Assembly: GCF_000299365.1 (NCBI RefSeq) | Contig: NC_018655.1 | Span: 570,001 to 602,000, forward strand | From: Candidatus Nitrosopumilus koreensis AR1 | Lineage (GTDB): Archaea > Thermoproteota > Nitrososphaeria > Nitrososphaerales > Nitrosopumilaceae | Reading direction: 5' to 3' | DNA: 32,000 bases | Part shown: positions 7,463-16,713 of the stretch, piece by piece | Position numbering within the stretch: the stretch's first letter is position 1 | Layout of the letters: every line of letters starts with the position of its first letter | Made by a program: the position numbers and the translations under genes | The notes under the pieces: model-generated | Database searches by the model: none | What the model was told of the DNA's origin: nothing | Seen by the model: only the letters and a program-made list of their open reading frames with translations

Positions 7463-10400
7463 TTGGTTCATGTAAAAAAAGTTGAGATCTTTGGTTTCAA
7501 GTCATTTGGTTTTAAGAATACCACTGTTCAGTTTGAACCTGGACTTGTATCGATTTCAGGCCCTAACGGTTCTGGTAAAAGTAACATTTTGGATGCCATC
7601 ATTTTTGCAATGGGTGAAAATAAACCCAAAGTGATGAGAGTTGATAAATTAAGATCACTAATTCATGATATTGAAGGAAATAGACGTGGACCAAAAATGG
7701 CCCGATCTAGTGTTCACTTTGATAATTCTGATAGAAAAATTCCAGTTGATTCAGACACTGTTGAAATCACAAGAGAAATGGATGCCAATGGCGAAAACAC
7801 ATACTATTTGAATAAAAAGAAAACAAACCGAAGTCATATTCTCGATTTACTTGATATGGCAAATGCTGGATTGGGACAACTTAATGCTGTTCAGCAAGGA
7901 ACTGTAACTAGAATTTCTGAATTTACCTCTGAAGAAAAAAGAAAGACCATTGAAGATTTGATTGGTCTGTCATATTTTGATGAAAAAAAGGCCGAATCAG
8001 TAAAACAACTTGATGAAGCAGACAGGAGATTGGAAATTGCTCTTGCAAAAATGGGCGAAATTAAGAAACGAATTGATGAACTTGAAGAGGAACGTAATCA
8101 GAAACTACGCCATGATATTCTTGAGCGCGAATTGAACAGGTATAAGGCAATAGCTGCTGCCAATAAACTAAAAGTCATTTCAAGTCAAAAGGATTCCAAA
8201 GAATCCACTTTGCACTCACTTACTTCTGAAATTACTACTTTTGATGAAGAAAGAAATGTTTTGAGAAATGAAATTGGAACTTTGGAAACTGAAAAATCAA
8301 AGTTGATGGCCGAGGCTAATGATTATACTCAAGCAAAATCTTCCCTTGACACAGAAATTGCCACTGCAATGGAGCAATATGAAATTGACAATAGTGCTAT
8401 ATCTGCATCAAAGAAAAGAATTGAACAAATTGATTCTAGAATTCCTGAAATACAAAAAGAACTTGAAGATATTAATGCTGCAAGAAGTGACATCGATACT
8501 CAAATTTTAAAAATTAAAGAATCAATTGAAGAAACAACTGCTAAGAAAAACAAAATTAATTCTGACTTGGAAATTGTTGACACTCAAAGAAATAAAATTT
8601 TAGATGAACAATCTCAGGCTGCAGCAAAAAAATCTGAGATTGATGAAAAAATTAGAACATTAACCACTCAATTAAATGATGCTAAACTAAAACTTTCTAA
8701 ACTTCAACATGAAAAAGAGGATTCAAAAATAAAGATAGATGTAAACACTGCAAAGTTACAAGATCTTAAACACAGTATTGAGGAATTAACATCATCTAAA
8801 TCTAAATTAGAATCAATGATTACAAATCATAATGCAGCAATTGTTGAATTAAAATCCAGAATCAAGAACTTACAACTGAAAAAATCTAAAATTATTTCTG
8901 ATATGGATGAATGGGGAGAAATTCTAGAAAAGTCCAACAAAGCTGCAACACATTATGAATCAAAAATTAAAACTGTCAAAGGTTTCATGCATGAAGATTA
9001 CACTGTTGCAAAATTAAAAGAAGATGCAGAAAAACTTGGTATTGATGGCTTAGTTTATGAAATGATTTCTTGGGACAAAGAATATGAACGACCAGTTTTA
9101 GCTGTGAGCTCTGATTGGATTAAAGCTATAGTTGTAAAAGACTTTGCAACACTTCTTGGAATTGCAGAATTTGCTAGATCCAAAAAATTACCCAAATTGA
9201 AAATAATCCCTTTGGATGCCATTCCTAAATTCAAACTAAAATTACCAAATGAGCCTGATGTGATAGGGGTTCTTGCAGATTTTGTTCACTGCAAACCTGC
9301 CTATTCTGAACTCAAAACATTCCTATTTGGCAATATTGTTCTCACAAAAACTAGAGAGTCTGCATATAACGTGTCTCAGTCCGGCTATAAGGCCGTCACT
9401 ATGAATGGTGAGTATTTTGAAGCAAAAGGTGGAACTGTGGTTATTGATATTGATTCAAAAATCTCAAAACTCACAAAATTGATTTCAATGAGTAGTGATG
9501 TTGATGGTCTGTTCCAGTCAATTAATGCTGTAAAGAAATACTTGCTAATGAAAAAGAACTCTATCAAAAAGTTAGATGAGTCCATTCAGTCAAATTCAGA
9601 CAGACTGTCAATTTCTGAACAAGCATTGACATCTGTAAATGAAAACTATTCCCACCTAAAACCTAGAATTGAGTCTGCATTGTCCATGAAAGAGCAACTT
9701 GCAAAAAGAATCTCTGATTTGACTTCCCGTGACAGTATCATTGAATCTGAAATTCTTACAAATGAATCTCACATTGAATCTTTACAAGAGCGTATTTCTA
9801 TTGTTGAAGAAAACTATGCAAGTGGAGAACAAACACGTATTGCAAATGAACTATCTAGAATTAATATAAAGAAAGCAGAAATTGAAAAATTATACACTAC
9901 TATTACAAATGAATACCGTGACAAATCTTCACAACTAACAACTTTAGAAACTCAAGATAATCGTGAAAAATCTCAATCTAATCGACTTAATGATGAAGAA
10001 CGCTCTTTGAACTCTGAAAAAGAAGAATTGCAAACAAAAATACATGAATTAGAAAAACAAAAAGAATCTAAAAATGAAATTCTTGTTAAATTAAGACAAA
10101 AAGAACAAGAGCTCATTGAGACATCCGGTTCATCCATTGGTCAACTCAAAGAGTTTGATGATAAACTAAAAGTGCTATCTGAAAAAGATAGGGAGTTGAC
10201 TAAACAGATTAACACCTTGGAAAGACAATCTGATTCTTTGAATAGGGATTTGCATGATTTGGTTGAAAACGAGGTTAAATTACAACAAATTCTTTCTGCA
10301 TTTGGCTTTGATAAAGACATGGAAACCTTTGATGTGGAATCAATTGTTCAAGGTTTATCTGCAGAATTGGCATCACTAAACGCGTTAAATGCAAAAGCAC

Positions 10401-10987
10401 CTGAAACCTATCTTGAAGTATCTTATGGTTATCGTTCAATGTCTACTAGAAAGAATTCCCTTGAAGAAGAAAGGAACTCTATTGTCAAGTTTATTGAAGA
10501 TATTGAAAAAGATAAACGACAAACGTTCTTGGATGCCTTTGATAAAGTCGATAAAGAAATCAAATTAATTTTCAATAAGATGACTGGTGGTAATGCTTGG
10601 TTAGAACTGCAAAATGAAGACGATATCTTCAACTCTGGAATTTCTTACTTGATTCAATTTCTAAATAAACCAAAAAGAGAATCTACATCCATTAGTGGTG
10701 GTGAGAAAACATTGGCTGCAATTGTGTTTGTGCTTGCTCTACAAAAATTAAAACCATCTCCATTCTATTTGTTTGATGAGGTTGATGCTCATCTTGATGC
10801 GCCAAACTCTGAAAGATTGTCTAATATTTTGGAGGAACGATCAAAAGAAAGCCAATTCATCATGGTTTCTCTAAAAGATTCAGTTGTACAAAAAGCAAAA
10901 TTGATCTATGGTGTGTTTCCAAAAAATGGTGTATCACACGTTGTTACTTACAAAGATAAGCGTATGCCTTCAGTTAGAAATTCTTAA
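7463..10987 (+). CDS. smc: Chromosome segregation protein SMC
   Basis: 1174 aa with a TTG start. N-terminal 'VKKVEIFGFKSF..ISGPNGSGKSN' (Walker A), long coiled coils, a hinge around 'GLVYEMISWDKEYERPVLAV', and a C-terminal 'SGGEKTLAAIVFVLAL' signature followed by 'FYLFDEVDAHLD' (Walker B). Confidence 0.92.
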   Translation: MVHVKKVEIFGFKSFGFKNTTVQFEPGLVSISGPNGSGKSNILDAIIFAMGENKPKVMRVDKLRSLIHDIEGNRRGPKMARSSVHFDNSDRKIPVDSDTVEITREMDANGENTYYLNKKKTNRSHILDLLDMANAGLGQLNAVQQGTVTRISEFTSEEKRKTIEDLIGLSYFDEKKAESVKQLDEADRRLEIALAKMGEIKKRIDELEEERNQKLRHDILERELNRYKAIAAANKLKVISSQKDSKESTLHSLTSEITTFDEERNVLRNEIGTLETEKSKLMAEANDYTQAKSSLDTEIATAMEQYEIDNSAISASKKRIEQIDSRIPEIQKELEDINAARSDIDTQILKIKESIEETTAKKNKINSDLEIVDTQRNKILDEQSQAAAKKSEIDEKIRTLTTQLNDAKLKLSKLQHEKEDSKIKIDVNTAKLQDLKHSIEELTSSKSKLESMITNHNAAIVELKSRIKNLQLKKSKIISDMDEWGEILEKSNKAATHYESKIKTVKGFMHEDYTVAKLKEDAEKLGIDGLVYEMISWDKEYERPVLAVSSDWIKAIVVKDFATLLGIAEFARSKKLPKLKIIPLDAIPKFKLKLPNEPDVIGVLADFVHCKPAYSELKTFLFGNIVLTKTRESAYNVSQSGYKAVTMNGEYFEAKGGTVVIDIDSKISKLTKLISMSSDVDGLFQSINAVKKYLLMKKNSIKKLDESIQSNSDRLSISEQALTSVNENYSHLKPRIESALSMKEQLAKRISDLTSRDSIIESEILTNESHIESLQERISIVEENYASGEQTRIANELSRINIKKAEIEKLYTTITNEYRDKSSQLTTLETQDNREKSQSNRLNDEERSLNSEKEELQTKIHELEKQKESKNEILVKLRQKEQELIETSGSSIGQLKEFDDKLKVLSEKDRELTKQINTLERQSDSLNRDLHDLVENEVKLQQILSAFGFDKDMETFDVESIVQGLSAELASLNALNAKAPETYLEVSYGYRSMSTRKNSLEEERNSIVKFIEDIEKDKRQTFLDAFDKVDKEIKLIFNKMTGGNAWLELQNEDDIFNSGISYLIQFLNKPKRESTSISGGEKTLAAIVFVLALQKLKPSPFYLFDEVDAHLDAPNSERLSNILEERSKESQFIMVSLKDSVVQKAKLIYGVFPKNGVSHVVTYKDKRMPSVRNS

Positions 10988-11952
10988 TCTATTTTGACAT
11001 GACAAGCTGAATAATGTCCATTATCAATTAGTTCTAGGTCCGGCTCTACTTTGCATTTTTCTATGATGTATGGACATCGATTTCTAAATCTACATCCCTG
11101 AAGAATGTCTATGTTTGATGGCTCATTTATCCTGATTTTCTTTTCTCTGTGTAGGTTGTCAGGGTTTGGCTCAGATATTGCATCAATTAGTGCCTGTGTG
11201 TATGGGTGCTTTGGACTAAGTAAAACCTCGTCAATTGGTCCCATCTCTACAATCTTTCCTAAATACAAAATTCCTATCCTTTGACCAAAATACCTAGCTG
11301 TTGCCAAGTCATGTGTGATATAGATAAATGAAATACTGTACTTTTTTTGTAACTCGTGCATTAGTTCAAGCATTTCTGCTCTGATTGAGACATCTAACAT
11401 GGAAACTGGCTCATCTGCTAAAATGATTTTTGGTTTTAATGATAATGCTCTGGCCAGAACAACTCTTTGCCTCTGACCTCCTGATAGCATATGGGGGTAT
11501 TTTCTGATGATATCTTCTGCGGGTTCTAGTTTTACCTCTTGCAAGACTTCGATTACTCTTTTCTTTCTTTCATCTTTATTCCCGACATTGTGTATTTCTA
11601 GGGGCTCTGAAACAATGTCCCCAATTTTCATTCTTGGGTTGATGGAATCATACGGGTCTTGATGTATCATTTGACAGCCCATTCTGATTTTTTGCAAATT
11701 TTCAGGTTGGTTGTCTATCTCTTTATTTTCAAAAAATATTTTTCCAGAATCTGGTTCTATTGATCTTAAAATCAGTTTTGCAATAGTTGATTTTCCTGAA
11801 CCTGACTCTCCTGCTAAAACAAAGACTTCTCCTCTTTCTACAGAAAAAGAAATATCATCTGTTGCTCTTACTGTGTCTGATTGTTTTCCAAACATTCCTT
11901 TCTTGATGAAATATTTTTTCAAATGTTCTATTCTGAGAATCTCACTCAACAA
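10984..11952 (-). CDS. ABC transporter ATP-binding protein, oligopeptide/dipeptide (OppF/DppF) type
   Basis: Walker A 'GESGSGKST', signature 'LSGGQRQRV', Walker B 'ILADEPVSMLD', H-loop 'ITHDL'. It also has the Opp/Dpp C-terminal extension 'HPYTQALI...GCRFRNRCPYIIEKC'. Confidence 0.85.
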   Translation of the reverse strand: MLSEILRIEHLKKYFIKKGMFGKQSDTVRATDDISFSVERGEVFVLAGESGSGKSTIAKLILRSIEPDSGKIFFENKEIDNQPENLQKIRMGCQMIHQDPYDSINPRMKIGDIVSEPLEIHNVGNKDERKKRVIEVLQEVKLEPAEDIIRKYPHMLSGGQRQRVVLARALSLKPKIILADEPVSMLDVSIRAEMLELMHELQKKYSISFIYITHDLATARYFGQRIGILYLGKIVEMGPIDEVLLSPKHPYTQALIDAISEPNPDNLHREKKIRINEPSNIDILQGCRFRNRCPYIIEKCKVEPDLELIDNGHYSACHVKID

Positions 11953-12044
11953 ATACTGTTGAATTTAGAAGTATATCAAGAGATATAGTTATGCGTAAAA
12001 AATTGGCTTAAAGCTTTTAAGTCCATTAAATGAGATTTTAATAC

Positions 12045-13067
12045 TTGAGTAATCCGGTACAGAAAAACAAAGAATACAAAAAATTTATTGTTGATTCTAG
12101 ATTACAATATTTCAAACCTCATGCAACCAGAATTGAAAAAACATTTGCTGAAGAAATATCTTCAAGCTTGGGCAGGAACCTGAAATCCATTCCTCCAAAA
12201 TTCTTTTATGACAAAAAAGGCTCTGACTTGTTTGAAAAAATTTGCTCTGTTTTGGAGTATTACCCCACTAGAACTGAAATTTCTATTTTACAAAAATTAA
12301 AAACAGAACTGTCATTATTTTTAGATGGTGATTTTAGACTAGTTGAATTAGGAAGTGGTTCATCAACAAAGACCCGGTTGCTTTTGGATTTTTTGACTGC
12401 TTCTCAAAAAACCACTGAATATTTTCCAATAGATATATCTGAAATTCTTGCAGAAAGTTCTGAAGAACTTCTAAATGATTACAAAAATCTTAGCATTACT
12501 GGAATAATTGATACATATGAAGGTGGATTAGAATTTTTAAAAACATACGATGATAAAAAAAATCTTATAATTTTTCTAGGTTCAAGCTTTGGCAATTTTT
12601 CTCCTGTTGATGGATACAAGTTTTTGGAGAAAATTTTCTCCACTATGAAACCTGGTGATTTGTTTTTGATTGGTCTTGATCTTGTAAAGGATACATCTAT
12701 TCTTGAATCTGCATATAATGATTCCAAAGGTATTACTGCAAAATTTAATCTCAATGTATTGTCTAGAATCAATGATGAACTTGATGCAGACTTTAACCTC
12801 GAAAATTTCTCCCATTATGCTGTCTACAATGAAAAGGATCAGCGAATTGAAATGTATTTGAAATCTTTAACTGAACAATCAGTTATTATTTCAAAATCTG
12901 ACCTAGAATTAAAATTACAAAAAGACGAACTCATTCATACAGAATATTCTCACAAGTATCGTTTATCTCAAATACATGATCTGCTTGATGATGTGGGATT
13001 TGAATTGAAACATACTTGGCTTGATGACAAAAAATACTTCTCATTGACCTTGGTATCTAAAAACTAG
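12045..13067 (+). CDS. egtD: L-histidine N-alpha-methyltransferase (ergothioneine biosynthesis EgtD)
   Basis: 'PPKFFYDKKGSDLFEKICSVLEYYPTRTEISIL' and 'LVELGSGSSTKTRLLL' are the hallmark EgtD/DUF2260 motifs. It starts with TTG and is paired with egtB. Confidence 0.8.
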   Translation: MSNPVQKNKEYKKFIVDSRLQYFKPHATRIEKTFAEEISSSLGRNLKSIPPKFFYDKKGSDLFEKICSVLEYYPTRTEISILQKLKTELSLFLDGDFRLVELGSGSSTKTRLLLDFLTASQKTTEYFPIDISEILAESSEELLNDYKNLSITGIIDTYEGGLEFLKTYDDKKNLIIFLGSSFGNFSPVDGYKFLEKIFSTMKPGDLFLIGLDLVKDTSILESAYNDSKGITAKFNLNVLSRINDELDADFNLENFSHYAVYNEKDQRIEMYLKSLTEQSVIISKSDLELKLQKDELIHTEYSHKYRLSQIHDLLDDVGFELKHTWLDDKKYFSLTLVSKN

Positions 13068-14374
13068 ACATCTTCAGCACATCTAAAACCTGAAAATAAC
13101 CATCTCTCGTCTAATCTGAAAAAGTTTCTGTAACTTCCACGAATTGACATTTTTGGAGTTCCAAAAGAGCCTCCTCTCAAAACTTTTTGATTCGTAAACC
13201 ATTTGTCATTGTATTCATCAAACCCTGTTTTGAATCCTGGATACCCTGTAAATTCTGATGATGTCCATTCCCACACATCTCCAATCATTTGTTGACATCC
13301 TGAAGGACTTGCTCCATTTGGGTATGTTCCAATTTCAGTACATCCCCAATGATATGATTCAAGAAGATTGCATCTATCCTTTGATGGTTGTTCATTTCCC
13401 CATGGAAAAATTGTTTTTTCTTGTTTGTCTTCGTTCCAACATGCTGCTTTTTCCCATTCATCTTCAGTTGGTAGTCTTTTTCCTGCCCATTTACAATATG
13501 CATCTGCTTCATAGAAACTAACATGACAAACTGGTTCATTTGGATTAATTTCTCTAATGCCTAAAAAATCCCTAACATTCCATTTACCATCAATTTTTTC
13601 CCAATACATTGGTGCCTTCCATTTGTTTTCTTTTACTTTTTCCCATCCGTCTGATAACCAGTATTTGTATGTCTCATATCCACCATCTTCGATGAATTGT
13701 AAATATTGTTGATTGGTAATTGGAAAAACATCAATTTTGTAATCATTAAGGTAAATTTTATGTTCTGGAAGTTCAATGTCGTAACAGAATTCTTTTCCGT
13801 TAAATCCCATTGTATATAGTCCGCCTTTTACATGAACAGTTTTCTTTGCAACCTCGTTTTGTTTTTCAATTTTGTTTTTTTGTACTGGCCTATATTGTTC
13901 TGCAAGAAGATGTTGTAAATCATACACCAATAATTCTTGATGTTGACATTCGTGGTGAAATCCCATTGTAATTAATCTGATTGCATCATCACTCAAAGAT
14001 TGGGTTTCGATAAATTTTTCTACTCTTTGATTGATCATGTTAAAGTATTGGAAAATTTGATCAACTGTTGGTCTGGATATGACTCCTCGTAATCCTTTGT
14101 CATGTGGAACTCCAAACTGTTGGTAGTATGAATTCAAATATTCTGAAAATTCTTTTGAATAAAATTCATAATTCTTATCTAATTTACTCATAATTGCTTC
14201 ATAAATCCAACTAACATGTCCTACGTGCCATTTGGGTGGACTCATGAAAAACGCAGTTTGTACCACAAAATCGTCTTTTTCTAAGGTTTTCACTAACTCT
14301 AGAGTTCTTTTTCTTGTTTCTCTAAATTGTTCTAACAATGGTCTCTTTTCTTCCAATTGTGGGTTACTGGTCAT
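13064..14374 (-). CDS. egtB: Ergothioneine biosynthesis sulfoxide synthase EgtB (DinB-like plus FGE-sulfatase domains)
   Basis: The N-terminal DinB-like domain carries His ligand contexts ('WHVGHVSW', 'GFHHECQHQELL'). The C-terminal FGE/sulfatase-modifying-factor domain shows 'GGLYTMG', 'CHVSFYEADAYCKWAGKRLPTEDEWE' and 'VLRGGSF'. Confidence 0.8.
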   Translation of the reverse strand: MTSNPQLEEKRPLLEQFRETRKRTLELVKTLEKDDFVVQTAFFMSPPKWHVGHVSWIYEAIMSKLDKNYEFYSKEFSEYLNSYYQQFGVPHDKGLRGVISRPTVDQIFQYFNMINQRVEKFIETQSLSDDAIRLITMGFHHECQHQELLVYDLQHLLAEQYRPVQKNKIEKQNEVAKKTVHVKGGLYTMGFNGKEFCYDIELPEHKIYLNDYKIDVFPITNQQYLQFIEDGGYETYKYWLSDGWEKVKENKWKAPMYWEKIDGKWNVRDFLGIREINPNEPVCHVSFYEADAYCKWAGKRLPTEDEWEKAACWNEDKQEKTIFPWGNEQPSKDRCNLLESYHWGCTEIGTYPNGASPSGCQQMIGDVWEWTSSEFTGYPGFKTGFDEYNDKWFTNQKVLRGGSFGTPKMSIRGSYRNFFRLDERWLFSGFRCAEDV

Positions 14375-14469
14375 ATTGCTAATCAGTTTTTTCTATTATT
14401 ATATTTGACCATGTTTTCATTGTTGAAAATTTGAAAATTCTTTTTATCTTTATTTTCTTATCAAAATGT

Positions 14470-14838
14470 ATGTCTGATGATTCTTTAGCTTCAAAATGTG
14501 AACTTTTACTCAAAGAACCAGAAATTCGTTTTGCAGGATTTTTAGATATGATGGGAAATTTGATTGTAGGTTCATTTCGAGATAATGTAAAACCATTAAA
14601 AAATGAAGAAGAACGTAAAAAAATGTTCATAGAGGCTGTATTAAGAATTAGAACTAGACAGGATTTTGATAATAATCTTGGACCTGTATCTTATGCTGCT
14701 GCACGCAGAAAGAACATTGTTACATTTACGTTTCCATTAGATGATGTAGTCTTGTTTGTATCTACAGAATCTAATGTGGATATTGACAAGACTGCATACA
14801 AAATAATGGATTTGTGTTCTATTAAAAATAATTCTTAA
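14470..14838 (+). CDS. Small conserved hypothetical protein, Roadblock/LC7-like pattern
   Basis: 122 aa from ATG 14470. The ORF-track TTG 14431 adds only a hydrophobic leader. 'IRFAGFLDMMGNLIVGSF...VVLFVSTESNVDIDKTAYKI' resembles the alpha-beta-alpha Roadblock/MglB pattern. The functional call is weak. Confidence 0.45.
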   Translation: MSDDSLASKCELLLKEPEIRFAGFLDMMGNLIVGSFRDNVKPLKNEEERKKMFIEAVLRIRTRQDFDNNLGPVSYAAARRKNIVTFTFPLDDVVLFVSTESNVDIDKTAYKIMDLCSIKNNS

Positions 14839-16277
14839 TACCCTCTAGCAAAAATTGGAACTGACTCACTTTGTCCTCCACAATACATGCATTTTAGGCC
14901 TGTATTTTCACTACCAAATGGAATAACTCGTATGTCTGCACCTGTTTCTTCTTTGATCTTTTCTTCACACTCTAATTTTCCACACCATGGAGCGTTGAAG
15001 AATCCTCCCTCCTCAATTTTTGATTTAAACTCTGTATAATCTGAAATATCTTTAGTATTTTCATTTGATTGAATTCGAGCATTTTCTAGCATGTTTTTTT
15101 GTATTTCATCTAAAATCAAATCAACATTTTCTATTTCACTAAAGTCTAAATTTGATTTTTCACGATTGTATCTTTTTGCAATTACAATGCTCTGCTTTTC
15201 AATATCTTTTGGTCCAATTTCTATACGTAAAGGCACCCCTTTCATCTCCCAATCGTTGAATTTGTATCCTGGAGATAATCCTTGCCTGTCATCTACTTGA
15301 ACTCTGACATCTTTTGACTCTAATTTTTCTTGAATTTCTTTTACTTTTGGCAATACTTTGTCTCTGCCTTCATCATTTTTGTAAATTGGAACAATTACTA
15401 CTTGTGTTGGGGCAACTTTGGGCGGTAAAACAAGACCTTGATCATCTCCATGAGCCATAATCATTGCACCGATTAATCTCCATGAAACTCCCCATGAAGT
15501 TTGCCATGCAAAATGCTCTACATTGTCTTTATCTGCAAATTTCACTTCAAATGGTTTTGAAAAATTTTGTCCTAGGAAATGTGATGTGCCCATTTGGAGA
15601 GCTTTGCCATCAGGCATTATGGACTCCATTGTTGTTGTATATACTGCTCCTACAAATTTTTCTTTTTCACTTTTCTTTCCAGTTGTAACTGGAATTGCTA
15701 ATTCTTCCTCAACAGTATTTTTGTAAATATCTAAAATTTTCATTACCTCTTCCTCCGCTTCTTCTTGTGTTGCATGTACGGTATGCCCTTCTTGCCACAG
15801 AAATTCTGATGTTCTCAGAAATGGTTTTGTTGCTTTGATCTCTGCACGTAAAGCCGTATTCCAAAAATTAATTTTTAATGGTAGATCTCTCCAACTCTGA
15901 ATCCATTTAGAGTATAATGTGTATGCCAATGTTTCAGATGTTGGTCTTAATGCTAATCTATCTCCAATCTCGTTTGTTCCTGAATGTGTTACCCAAAAAA
16001 CCTCTGGGTTAAAACCTGCAAAATGCTTTTGCTCTTTTCCTAACAACGATTCTGGGATTAACACTGGAAGAAACCCATTTCTTATTCCGTTTTTTGCAAA
16101 TTTCTTATCAAATGTGTTTTTTAATGATTCCCAAATTGAATAACCGTCTGGTCTGAGTACGATTAATCCTTTAACTGGTGCGTAATCTGCCAATTTAGCT
16201 TTTAACACGACTTGGGTATACCATTCGCTAAAGTCATCTTTTTTTGAAACTGTAATCCCTACGTCTTCTTTACTCAA
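14835..16277 (-). CDS. proS: Prolyl-tRNA synthetase, archaeal/eukaryotic type
   Basis: 480 aa with a TTG start. Class II core ('LRPTSETLAY', 'FLRTSEFLWQEGHT'), a C-terminal zinc-type domain 'WCGKLECEEKIKEETGADIRVIP...CMYCG', and the characteristic C-terminal Tyr ('FARGY'). Confidence 0.92.
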   Translation of the reverse strand: MSKEDVGITVSKKDDFSEWYTQVVLKAKLADYAPVKGLIVLRPDGYSIWESLKNTFDKKFAKNGIRNGFLPVLIPESLLGKEQKHFAGFNPEVFWVTHSGTNEIGDRLALRPTSETLAYTLYSKWIQSWRDLPLKINFWNTALRAEIKATKPFLRTSEFLWQEGHTVHATQEEAEEEVMKILDIYKNTVEEELAIPVTTGKKSEKEKFVGAVYTTTMESIMPDGKALQMGTSHFLGQNFSKPFEVKFADKDNVEHFAWQTSWGVSWRLIGAMIMAHGDDQGLVLPPKVAPTQVVIVPIYKNDEGRDKVLPKVKEIQEKLESKDVRVQVDDRQGLSPGYKFNDWEMKGVPLRIEIGPKDIEKQSIVIAKRYNREKSNLDFSEIENVDLILDEIQKNMLENARIQSNENTKDISDYTEFKSKIEEGGFFNAPWCGKLECEEKIKEETGADIRVIPFGSENTGLKCMYCGGQSESVPIFARGY

Positions 16278-16344
16278 ACTAAAATTCCAAGAATAAATTA
16301 ACTAATGAGCCTTTCGTGAATATTGGACTAACTTTTCTTTAGTG

Positions 16345-16641
16345 TTAAAGGGGGTCCCCTTTGCATAGTACTTTGCCTGTAACTCTACTTTGGAAGTTTG
16401 GACATACAAAGCATTGAATAAAATGAATGTCGTCCTTTAGAACTGGACAAGCAACAAATTCTTGTTTCATTCTTTTGAGCATTTTTGGACTGACGCCTTT
16501 TAACTTCAATTTTCCTTTATCGTCCATCATACCTGATGTTTTTAACTCAGCTTTGACGTTATCTGGTAGTTTTTGTCGTCCTTCTCTTTCTTGAATTTCT
16601 ACTTCAAATTTGTGTTCTAATTCATCCATAACTATCCACAT
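16345..16641 (-). CDS. Hypothetical protein with C-terminal Cys cluster
   Basis: 98-aa ORF. The Lys/Glu-rich N-terminal half is followed by 'ACPVLKDDIHFIQCFVCPNFQSRVTGKVLC' (4 Cys plus His), a possible metal site. I recognise no family. Confidence 0.45.
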   Translation of the reverse strand: MWIVMDELEHKFEVEIQEREGRQKLPDNVKAELKTSGMMDDKGKLKLKGVSPKMLKRMKQEFVACPVLKDDIHFIQCFVCPNFQSRVTGKVLCKGDPL

Positions 16642-16713
16642 TACTCCGGTGATTTATTACTAGCGCTTTTTGGATCTCAAAAAAGTTTAAACTTTAATAT
16701 AATTAGCAAATTT

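Noticed and set aside
8319-10632. Short ORFs 8319-8510 (+), 9385-9585 (-) and 10429-10632 (-) inside smc.
   Set aside because: They are embedded in the continuous 1174-aa SMC reading frame and have no independent support.
7463-10987. Considered whether the SMC-family gene could belong to an SMC-based defence system (Wadjet/Lamassu-like), possibly with the neighbouring ABC ATPase.
   Set aside because: It is a full-length canonical SMC with a hinge and long coiled coils. No JetA/B/D- or LmuA/B-like partners are present. The ABC ATPase is convergent and has the complete Opp/Dpp transporter-type C-terminal domain.
11711-13539. ORFs 11711-11962 (+), 12479-12772 (-), 12582-12815 (-), 13258-13521 (+) and 13285-13539 (-).
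   Set aside because: All are antisense or alternative-frame ORFs within the ABC ATPase, egtD or egtB genes.
14379-14630. 83-aa minus-strand ORF overlapping the egtB upstream region and the Roadblock-like gene.
   Set aside because: It would span the divergent promoter and run antisense to a better-supported ORF. It has no motifs.
15091-16143. Four plus-strand ORFs (15091-15300, 15464-15688, 15523-15726, 15919-16143).
   Set aside because: They are antisense shadows inside proS.
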